A DNA stretch of 63,848 nucleotides, counting the filler, from Basidiobolus meristosporus CBS 931.73 (lineage: Eukaryota; Fungi; Basidiobolomycota): the NCBI GenBank assembly GCA_002104905.1. It is 4 parts of 4 records of this genome, joined end to end, with 100 filler letters (N's around TTAATTAATTAA, not from the genome) between each part and the next. Parts side by side here need not be neighbours in the genome. Positions count along the whole stretch, not along the records: positions 23,567 to 42,840 come from MCFE01001038.1; positions 42,941 to 56,513 come from MCFE01001203.1; 2 more parts are not named here. The stretch is one strand, 5' to 3'. The notes under the pieces were generated by a model. The model searched no databases. It was not told the origin of the DNA and saw nothing but the letters and a program-made list of their open reading frames with translations. This document shows, piece by piece, positions 38,186-48,185 of this stretch. Made by a program: the position numbers and the translations under genes. The stretch's first letter is position 1, and each line of letters starts with the position of its first letter.

Positions 38186-39775
38186 GTTAGGGGAGGGAAA
38201 GTCACCAAGTTGGTGAAATCTTTATTTGAGTTAAGAACTAATCTAAGTACAAATAAAGAAGCCAATTCAGAGGTCTAGAGCCTCTCTAATAAGTAATCTA
38301 ATTTATGTTTTGTTTCATCTCTAATGTTTGCTTCAATAAAGTAAAGCTCATCAGGGGTAAATATAAAATTCAGGGGTTTTGGGGGAAGTACAAATTGTAG
38401 ATGTTTCTGATCAATATAATCCAAGACTGGAACCCAGCCTGGGATTAAGTGCAGTAGGAAAGGTGTGTGGACTTGTAAGTAGCTCTGCCACATAGATCTT
38501 AGATGGTCCTGAGCCAGTAGTCTTGGTTTCTCAGCTTTTTGAAGTTTTGAAGCAAGCTCTGTTACTACAGCAGAGCCAACCAGGGTGTGCCAGCAAGAAG
38601 ATTTCAGGGAGGAGTTAGATTGAAGCCATTGTTTGATGGAGGGGTTATGTGATTTCTGAAGTTTGACTAGGAAGGAAGCACGGAGATAGATCATTCAGAT
38701 TTGGTATGGGTAGAACCCAAAGGCTCCATTAGTTGCATGGATATAGGGAGATACTGGAAGATAAGGTACCAAGGATCTGATACACTGATGGAGAAATTTA
38801 TCCAGGCGGTGAAGTTCTCTGGAGGTTAGGGGTATAATGTGGAGACCAAATTCAAGTACTGGCAGCACATACTGCTTCAGAAGTATAGGGATCTTTTGAA
38901 TTGGAGTGTCTGGAGTGACTACTACCAGAAGCTTTTTGAGAGCCTGTTGGGCAAGACGGATCCTATTATTCAGGTGGAGCTTGGCGTCAATCCCATGTTG
39001 ACAAAACGGCAGACCTAGATATATTGCAGTTTGTTGTGGCAGAATGCTAGTGTTTTGTATAGTTGTAGTGCATCCTATTGGGACTGTCTTGGAAATTGAG
39101 AGTGAGAGGTTGTTGGCAGCCAAGTACTTCTCAATGATGGCAGTGTCTGCTATGGGATTAGGAGTAGCAATCTTGATATCATCCGCATAGAGAGTTAGTA
39201 GTGGATAGGGAGAGTCTGGTGAGGGGCCTTTTGGAAATAAAGGAAAGTCATGTAGGAATATCACAAATAATAAGGGACCTAGTACAGATCCTTGGACTAC
39301 TCCATTTGGAACCTCATAAGTCTCTGATGTACAACTTGGATGCAAAATTTTGGCTGAGTTCTCACAAAATAGAGAACGTACAAGAAGGGTCATTGGTAGT
39401 GTGGTAACTGCTAATAGCTTTCTCCAAAGCAGAGCTCTGTCCACAGAGTCAAAGGCTTTAGTAATGTCAAACAGAATGGTTGGCAATGAGAATTGAAGTG
39501 AATGATCATGGCTTAGCACTACAGCCATATCCAAGGAGAGTTTGGGCAAGAAGCCAAACTGAGAAGGATGGAATGGATATAGTTGAGATTGCAAGGATTT
39601 TGCTATTATAAGCTCAAAGATTTTCCGGCAGGTTGGTAGGAGTGAAACTGGCTGGTAAGAACCTGGGAGTGAGTGTTTCCCCTTCCCTTTGTATAAGGGT
39701 ATTACATTTGCCTGTGACCAGGCCTTTGGGGTAGTCAATTGTTGGGCACAGATAGAGTAGAATGGGAGAAGTAGG
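38186..39775 (-). mobile_element. Telomere-associated RT cassette, subfamily A, 5'-truncated (ORFs 38695-39738 and 38275-38694 are in frame, split by one TGA)
   Basis: QFGFLP, FDITKAFDSVDR, GVVQGSVLGPLLF, LYADD and YLG motifs. Double-hairpin end at 38193-38265. The 5' break is capped by TAGGGTTAGGGTTGGGGTTAGGG. Confidence 0.92.
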
Positions 39776-39789
39776 GTTAGGGGTTGGGG

Positions 39790-41395
39790 TTAGGGGGGAG
39801 GAAAGTCACCAAGTGGTGAAATCTTTATTTACTTATGACAAGTATCTAAAGAAGCCAAGTTAATCTGAAGTAATTCCTAGAAAGCTAGGCCTGAGAGATA
39901 TCTTCCTGGTAAGCCAGGTCTGAGAGTTGAGAAGCTGAGTGGTACTATATTTCCTAGTTAGCTAGGTCTGAGAGAGGTTTCCTGGAAAGCCAGGCCTTAG
40001 GAGTGAAAATCTGAATATATCTGAGCTAAGTTATACTGGTTTGCGGTAGCTAGATTGTGGCCGGAAAGGCCAGTAGACTGGGGGAACTGAGATGAATTTC
40101 TGGGCAATCACTGGCCAAATTTACTAGGCAAATCTGGCCATTAGCATTTCAAGGATTTCAGCCAATCAGAGCCTTTACTTTGCCCGATGGTTGATCAAGC
40201 CATCTCCCAATGAGCACACATCAATTTATTAATCAAATTTAGTTGGATCCAGGATTTGAACCCACAACCATTGGTATGGAAGGGTTAGGGATAACCACAA
40301 GGCTAAGTGTTCTTGGTTAGGGGGAGGAAAGTCACCAAGTGGTGAAATCTTTATTTACTTATGACAAGTATTTAAAGAAGCCAAGTTAATCTGAAGTAAT
40401 TCCTAGAAAGCTAGGTCTGAGAGATATCTTCCTGGTAAGCCAGGTCTGAGAGTTGAGAAGCTGAGTGGTACTATATTTCCTAGTTAGCTAGGTCTGAGAG
40501 AGGTTTCCTGGAAAGCCAGGCCTGAGAAGTGAGAATCTGAGTATATCTGAGGTGAGTTGTACTGATTTGCGGTAGCTTGTTTGTGGCCAGAATGGCCAGT
40601 AGACTGGGGGAACTGAGGGGTATTTCTGGGCGATCACTGGCCAAATTTACTAGGCAAATTTGACCAATTAGCATTTCAAGGATTTCAGCCAATCAGAGCC
40701 TTTACTTTGCCCGATGGTTGATCAAGCCATCTCCCAATGAGCACACATCAATTTATTGATCAAATTTTGTTGGATCCAGGATTTGAACCCACAACCATGG
40801 GTATGGAAGGGTTAGGGATAACCACAAGGCTAAGTGTTCTTGGTTAGGGTTAGGGTTAGGGGGAGGAGGGTTAGGGGGAGGAAAGTCACCAAGTGGTGAA
40901 ATCTTTATTTACTTATGACAAGTATCTAAAGAAGCCAAGTTAATCTGAAGTTTTTCCTAGAAAGCTAGGTCTGAGAGATATCTTCCTGGTAAGCCAGGTC
41001 TGAGAGTTGAGAAGCTGAGTGGTACTATATTTCCTAGTTAGCTAGGTCTGAGAGTGGTTTCCTGGAAAGCCAGGCCTGAGAAGTGAGAATCTGAATATAT
41101 CTGAGCTAAGTTATACTGGTTTGCGGTAGCTGAATTGTGGCCGGAATGGCCAGTAGACTGGGGGAACTCAGATGAATTTCTGGGCGATCACTGGCCAAAT
41201 TTACTAGGCAAATCTGGCCAATTAGCATTTCAAGGATTTCAGCCAATCAGAGCCTTTACTTTGCCCGATGGTTGATCAAGCCATCTCCCAATGAGCACAC
41301 ATCAATTTATTAATCAAATTTTGCTGGATCCAGGATTTGAACCCACAACCATGGGTATGGAAGGGTTAGGGATAACCACAAGGCTAAGTGTTCTT
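39790..41395 (-). ncRNA. Three tandem full-length ~525-bp non-coding cassettes (39790-40314, 40315-40841, 40871-41395): tRNA-derived SINE-like, probably Pol III
   Basis: Identical 5' ends AAGAACACT-TAGCCTTGTGG (A-box-like) and GGTTCAAATCC (B-box) at tRNA spacing, CCCTAACCCT between them, internal hairpins, and the shared 3' double hairpin. No T4 run on the sense strand of copies 2 and 3. No convincing ORF. Confidence 0.75.
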
Positions 41396-41645
41396 GGTTA
41401 GGGGGATGATAATCACCACAGGGTGAAATCTTTATTTATATCATAAATAAAGAAGCCAAATTTGAATATGAATATTTGAGATGCAGTAAGCCTACAAGAT
41501 AAACTTTGACTTTGCTGTATCCCAAATATCTTCAATACTAAAGTCTAGAGGAGAATGTAGCAAAACTGCCTGTTCACTGTAGTATTTCTTGAGGAAGTTT
41601 GTGACTTGAAGGGAAGGAGAGTTTTTCAGCAAGCTGGTAAACCTT
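41396..41645 (-). mobile_element. 5'-truncated copy of the ORF1/Gag-only cassette
   Basis: Colinear with 27966-28212 (GGATGATAATCACCACAGGGTGAAATCTTTATTT..GCTGGTAAACCTT), then TTAGGGTTAGGG. Confidence 0.9.
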
Positions 41646-41770
41646 TAGGGTTAGGGGGAGGAAAGTCACCAAGTGGTGAAATCTTTATTTACTTATGACA
41701 AGTATCTAAAGAAGCCAAGTTAATCTGAAGTTATTCCTAGAAAGCTAGGTCTGGGTTAGGGTTAGGGGTT
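41646..41770 (-). mobile_element. 5'-truncated (~105-nt) SINE-like cassette capped by telomeric repeats
   Basis: Matches the 3' end of the 525-bp unit up to AAAGCTAGGTCTG, then GGTTAGGGTTAGGGG. Confidence 0.88.
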
Positions 41771-42391
41771 CTAGTGCTTTATTGGGAAATTTGCACAAGA
41801 AGTGCAATCTTGAAATATGACAAAGTCATATGAGTATAGCAACTATTATAAAATGAAAACTACTTTGCCAGTAAAAGGGGTGAAGGAAACTGTAAAAGCT
41901 ATAAAGGAAAAGTTGGGGACACAAGAAATTTACAGTACCATTCATTGCCCTACACTGCAAGTAAGCTCAAGGAACATATGGGGAAGCTTTACCAGACTGA
42001 ACTAAAGAATCTTGCTTCAGATCACAAAGGAAACAATGAGGACTGCAGAAGCTTTAAAGGAAACCAAGGTTCCCATAGTGATGGCTGACTGGGAAATCTA
42101 CAGAAGCATTCACTGATCCAAAAGAAGGAGGCAAGAGGCTAGAGTAATGTCATCAAAAGAAAATGAACCATCAGCTGAAGTTCAGGCACATGCATCAAGT
42201 CCAATCATGCCAAAGACAGCTGCAGAAGCTTGAAAGGAAACAGAAAGTCTCCATTGGGGTGACTCCAGGGGAAATCCACAGTCAGCCCTTTACATCACCA
42301 GAGGTGGGCAGTGTCTGAAAGAAAGGAAAGAAAGAGCAAGAGAAAAGGGAAGGAAAAAGGAAGGAGAGAAGAATGGGGTGGGTGGGTGGGA

Positions 42392-42610
42392 AATCTTATA
42401 GGTGAAGGATCTTGTTAAAGATCACATCACTAGGTTAGGGGAGATTGTTAGGGAAGGAGCATCAGGTCAGAAGACCCAATCTTATAGGTGAAGGATCTTG
42501 TTAAAGATCACATCACTAGGTTAGGGGAGATTGTTAGGGAAGGAGCATCAGGTCAGAAGACCCAATCTTATAGGTGAAGGATCTTGTTAAAGATCACATC
42601 ACTAGGTTAG
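42392..42610 (+). repeat. Telomere-adjacent 86-bp tandem repeat x ~2.6
   Basis: AATCTTATAGGTGAAGGATCTTG.. recurs at 42392, 42478 and 42564; each unit contains GGTTAGGGG and GTTAGGG. Confidence 0.95.
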
Positions 42611-42840
42611 GGGAGATAGGGTTAGGGTTAGGGTTAGGGTTAGGGTTAGGGGAGATAGGGTTAGGGGAGATAGGGTTAGGGTTAGGGTTAGGGTTAGGGT
42701 TAGGGTTAGGGTTAGGGTTAGGGTTAGGGTTAGGGTTAGGTTAGGGTTAGGGTTAGGGTTAGGGTTAGGGTTAGGGTTAGGGTTAGGGTTAGGGTTAGGG
42801 TTAGGGTTAGGGTTAGGGTTAGGGTTAGGGTTAGGTTAGG
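42605..42840 (+). repeat. Telomeric repeat tract (TTAGGG)n at the end of contig 2
   Basis: About 35 TTAGGG units running into the linker; proximal variant units GGGGAGATA and two TTAGG variants. Confidence 0.97.
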
Positions 42841-42940
42841 NNNNNNNNNNNNNNNNNNNNNNNNNNNNNNNNNNNNNNNNNNNNTTAATTAATTAANNNN
42901 NNNNNNNNNNNNNNNNNNNNNNNNNNNNNNNNNNNNNNNN
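42841..42940. other. Artificial contig linker
   Basis: N/TTAATTAATTAA/N, 100 nt. Confidence 0.97.
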
Positions 42941-43429
42941 GTGCAATATTCCATTGTTCTCGTTTTCCGCGTGTTCATGCCAAGGGGAATTTGATCAACA
43001 GGGGGATGGTTTGGTGGAGGCATCCTTTGGGATCAAGTAACGTCAATCATAACAGCTACTCACCACTCCAAGCTATTGGTGTTACCAATAACATGTTGAG
43101 ATGGTTCTCATGGATAATGCATTGCAGCGTAGCCTACCATACTACAGTGTATCCACCTACCACCCTAAGCTGACATCAACTTTGTGTCAAGGCTATGTGT
43201 TGGTTGAAAATTCTCTAATATTGGAAATCATCAAGAAGTTCAAGCATATATGAAGAAGACCCTGACCTTTGCAAACACTCTTTTGGATGAGCATTCCCAT
43301 CCCCATTCTTATTGCAATACTCTCACAAAAGTGTACACACTCTACTTCCATGTGTCAAGGCTCCTCCAGCCATGTTTGGGTCATTCTTCATGATTCCTTA
43401 GCAGTTGTTCCTGGTTGGGGTTTACTTGA

Positions 43430-44470
43430 TACATTTTCACTAAAATTCTGGGTACCCACAAAATGAAAGCCTGCATAGTGGCTCAAATGCCAAAGTATAA
43501 ACACTACTTTTACATTCAATAAATCATTAAGTGAAAACCACATAATCTACTTGTCCTCCCAATCACTTCCAATATCTCCAAGACACCTACAACAGGTTAT
43601 GAGCCCTGATCTGTCACTCTCTGCAATGCCTACTACTGCTACCACTGAAATTTTTCCCTCTGCTGAAAAGTTGGACAGATCTAACTACCAAGTGTGGAAA
43701 GTGAAGATGAAGATGCTGCTACAAGAAAGAGGCCTTTGGGATATTGTCATTGGTGAAGAATGCCCTCCTAAACACATGGGAGAGGAAGCCTTAAAGTACC
43801 AGGAGAAAGAACAAAGTGCCTTTAATTGCATTTGCCTTAATGTTAAAGACAATCTGCTAATTCAATGCTCAAGAGCAAAAACAGCAAAGAATGCCTGGAA
43901 GGCATTAGAAGACACCTACCAGTCATGTTCAGCTGCTAAGAAAATGTATCTGAGACAGATATTCTTTACTACAAAGATGCAGCTAGAAGAAGAAATGAAA
44001 AATCTAATCAACAGAATTACCCTGTTAGTTGATAAGATGGAATCTCTCTGCACACCAACTACTGATGAAGATGTGATAGTTACATTCCTAAATACCCTGA
44101 CAGTTGGGTTTCATGGCCATGTTTTGGCCCTTGAGTCTGGAACTGAAGATCTGACCTCAAATTACATATACAGAAGGCTCCTGGATGAAGAATTAAGAAA
44201 ATCAAGAACCAACAAAAGGAAGAAGAAAATGCTTTAATGAGCCATGACAGCCAAGAAGGTGGTGCTCTAGACCCCTTAAAGGCAACAACCACTTGTTTTG
44301 AAGCTACTGAAAAAGGAAAGGATAAACATTGGTCCTGAATATGGAAAAGCTGTACAACTGAAGATAGACTATTCATTTCTGCACTAAAATTGACCACAAA
44401 TAAGGATATTCAGGTAGGATATATTGACTCTGGAGCATCTTAACACTTAACACACCAACAAGAACTTCTT
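43430..44470 (+). mobile_element. Decayed copia fragment (partial LTR, PBS, gag)
   Basis: CAACA-GGTTATGAGCCC; ORF 43551-44237 is homologous to the gag at 34817. Confidence 0.88.
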
Positions 44471-44479
44471 TTCTAACCT

Positions 44480-47400
44480 TGATAAAAGCTGCACTGGTAC
44501 ATCTGTTTTTGCCTGCTTGTCCCTTAGCAGCACTCTTCTGGCTACCTGACATTTCTTTGCTGCTTGTTTGGAGCTTTCAGCCCTGCTTGTGAAAGCTCTT
44601 GTGGAAGCCACTGGACTTTAGCCATGACACCCTTGTTCTTCTGTGTTTGAGAGTTTCTGCCACTCTTGAGATACTTTCTGAGCATACCAATGCTGGCCCA
44701 AAAACCTTTTGCTTGCTTGAATCTAGGGTAATGCACATGAAACAGATCATGTGCATTCTCCCTGGCCTTGGGCTCCTGATGCTCCTATGGTATGCCTACC
44801 TTGAGGCAGTGCTGTGTTAGACTGCCTACAACCTCTGGAATATCAGTTCACTCTTTATTACTGATCCTAATGGCATCACAAATCTTCAGTGTGTTGTGAT
44901 TTTTAGGCTTGTTTATAAAAATCCTAGTTTCTCCCTCCCTTACTGTGATAGGTTTTTTTATGGACTTTATTCTGTGGCACTATTGTTGTGCTTTGAAGAC
45001 TTTACAGTGCTCCTCAACTGTCAGATTGCAAAAGTGCTCAATTCTTGGCTGTGACATTGAGCTACTTGAGTTCCTCCTTTGCAGCAAAGATACTTCATTT
45101 GCTACCTGGGATATTGATTGCTTCACACATATCATCTGCTCATCCTGTCTTGGGACTATTCCTAGATTTCTTTGTGCCATTGCATCTATCCTATTAGCCT
45201 CTGCACCTAATTTCCTCATTAATGCTTTGGTATGAGCCAACAATATCCTTGCCAATACTGGTAGTGGAGATGTTATAATGGTTATTTGCTGGTCTTCCAC
45301 TGTAGGTACTGCATTTGCTACATACTCATCTGGCTGAGCATTATTATCAGCTTGCAGCTCCACAGCAATTGTCAGTTACCTAGCTGACTGAGAGCCTGAG
45401 GAGTCCACATTGTTACCCGCAGTGGACGCACTGTCAACATGGCCTTTTATGGATGTAGCCCTGCTTGTTGCATGAAATGTCCAAACAAGCTGTTGCCCAG
45501 CAATTTTTCTGCTGTAATACATGGTGGGGTTTGGTTGTGAACCTGATAACTTCACTTCATCTTTTGACAGCATACATATGAAAGTGAGTCAGACTAAATG
45601 GGAAATAGTATTACTTGAATGTGTTTATGTGGTGCCACAGCATTATTGATAATGCTTATTATGGCGGATTATCACTGAATCTTACATTCATGCAGGTGCA
45701 ATATCTCAAATACAAGACTGTTGTAAAATCACATGAGAATTGACATAAAAAGTGTTAAAACAGTGCTTCATTGTTGAGTGAGGAGCTGTTTGGCATATGG
45801 ACAAGACAACTTTGATTCAATGCCGTAAGTGAAGTAAGAAATGCCCATAAGGCAGTTGTAATAAGCCTCTGAGCCATGAAGCATGCAGGCAGCATAGGAT
45901 GCATCACAAGGATCACAGCCAGCATTTTGCCGCACAAGCCATATTTGAGCATTCATCAGTTATTATTGAACCAACAATATCTTGCTGACCACTTGATACT
46001 TCTATAACAGCTCCTAGCCATACTTGTGACCTTATGCAAACAGAGTCAGGTGAGTTTGTGATGCCTATTGGCCCACCTCAGCCTTCTGATTATGACCTGC
46101 AGAGTGAGAGCACTAAAGAAGAAGGCTCACTGATGGATTGTGAGCTTATCCCCCCTTACTACAGTACCATCCATAAGCTCAGCAAAATTCTAATATATAA
46201 TGAGACAACACCTGTAGAAAAATGCCAAGGATACTTTATGAGCCCAATAAAAATAATCTGGTCCTGCAGGTGGATTCAATACAGATCAGCTATCAAGATC
46301 CATCATTAGGACATCCTAAAGCATGCAGCTGGAATTATTGACCCTCTTTACAATCTTATGACAGGATTGTAACAGTGTATTGCTGATTTTACTTATAAAT
46401 AGGTAAACAAACTTGATAGTGCTTTGGTGGCCCTTTGACAGGAATTTAATGGTATTCTAAAGATCTTATTGTGGCTTACACTTACTTGAGCAGACCCAAC
46501 CTGCCAGTACATCCAATTATCATATATGAAAAAAAACTTGACAATATTTTGATAGCCTCAATGCGGATATATGTTGGCATTTTAACAGCAGTGTGGCAAC
46601 CTACAGCTAGTCCTATATGATGCTACTTTACCAATATACCACATGGTACTTCATATAGCTACCTCCCTATACACCATTCATATATTCCATTTTAGAATCA
46701 CCCCAATAAATGTGCTAACCAACCACTACTGCAGATAATCTACACATTGCTTAAATAAAAAAACTGTGTCTGCTGCTTGATAACCTCAAATTAGGTACCC
46801 ACCTGCTGCAATTGACAGACCTCAATCACCTCAGCAGTACAGCTTTTCAGTGTGATACTTGCAATGTTGCTTTATACCTTGTCTTGCTGGTAACTTATAC
46901 ATCCTGCAAACATATGATTGGTTGCCATCACTTTTGCCATGATTACCTCATGAATATCTGCAAAATACTTTTTGGAGTCCAGCCAATATATTCCATCTCC
47001 CAGCTAAGTTCTGCTTCCCCTAATAGGTATGCTCTAGCTCTTGTATGGATTAGTTTGGTACTGAATGGTGTGCAAATTGTCTTGCACCCAAGGGAAACAT
47101 GGCTTACTTTAGTGAAATTGTCCAAATATGAATCAGTTGCTTGTTGCATCCAACCCATCTTTGCATTCCACAACTGATTACCAATGCATTGAGGCTGCTT
47201 AGCTTCTTAATGCTGTACAAGTCCTTGAGATTTTGGAAGTGATTGGGAGAACAAGTAGATTATGTGGTGTTCACTCAATGATTTATCAAATGCAAAATTA
47301 AGATATATATTTTTCATGATGTTGGCACAACATGCACATAGAATATAGACTTGTTATATTGTACCATGACATGGTGTGCAGCATGACTGGCAGTTGTTCA

Positions 47401-47800
47401 AAAGAATTTAGTGCAATGCTGAAGCTACCCATAGGCAGGATTGCTCTTGGATGAATTTGCACTATATGGGACAATCTTGCACACTATGGCACTATCTGAC
47501 ACAATGAGATTGGCACATAAAAGTGTGCCAAGTTGTGATGCTTGCATAACATGCACCACTGGAAACCACTATTGTGGTAGGTACAATCTGGTATTTGGAT
47601 ATTTCTCTCTAATGTATAAGGAAGTAAATGCATACCACACAGAGAACTATACTTATTCTTGCCATTTTGGTTACCATCCTTCCAATTGGACAGTATACCA
47701 GTGGTTGCTTGGTCCAAGAGTACTCAAAAGCTCTAAACCCCAACTTACTCATTGACAAATGCATAAGTTATCTCATTTGCCATCAGATATCCCACTTTAC
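44480..47800 (-). mobile_element. Highly decayed DNA-transposon relic, probably CACTA/CMC-type (transposase remnants and an accessory ORF)
   Basis: 45755-45960 resembles the tnp2 C-terminal block also seen at 51414-51650. 44500-44830 is an inverted homologue of 55440-55760. Many stops. Confidence 0.4.
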
Positions 47801-47838
47801 CTATTGAGCAAGTTAATCCCTGCCTTTAGTGATTGGAC

Positions 47839-48185
47839 TGTTGTAGGAGTCTATGAGATACTGGATTCAATTGGGAGGTCAAGTGAAGTGTGCGGTTTCA
47901 CTTATTGATTTATTGAATGTAAAAGTAGCATCTATACTTTACATGGTCTTGGCATAAAAAGCATGTAGAATAGGTTAAGGAAGGTCATAAGAACATGTGG
48001 GCAAAGTTTGGGGCTGTTTGGACAACTTTGAGAACTTTCATGTTCTGGATACCTGATATTATGGTGAAAATATTTAAAGTAAATCCCAACAAGGAATGTG
48101 GTCAGTATTCTCTAGGATTTGAAGGTAGTGATATAAGTGACTAAGTTAGGTGAATATTTAAATGGAATTACAAACTTTTGCAACA
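47839..48185 (-). mobile_element. Solo copia LTR with 5-bp TSD TGGAC
   Basis: TGTTG..CAACA; TGGAC at 47834-47838 and 48186-48190. Confidence 0.88.

Noticed and set aside
38186-41770. Assignment of the cassettes to Penelope-like Athena/Coprina elements with hammerhead ribozymes
   Set aside because: The RT motifs are LINE-type (KAFDSVD, QGSVLGP), not PLE-type (MGSPLS). I found no CUGANGA..GAAA core in the 3' element or the 525-bp unit on either strand.
42392-42610. CRISPR-like array (also considered for the 155-bp repeat)
   Set aside because: The units are fully repeated with no unique spacers; the context is eukaryotic with no cas genes.
42841-42940. Interstitial telomere, or biological meaning for TTAATTAATTAA
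   Set aside because: It is an artificial linker; the telomere is simply at a contig end, and sequence across linkers is not known to be adjacent.
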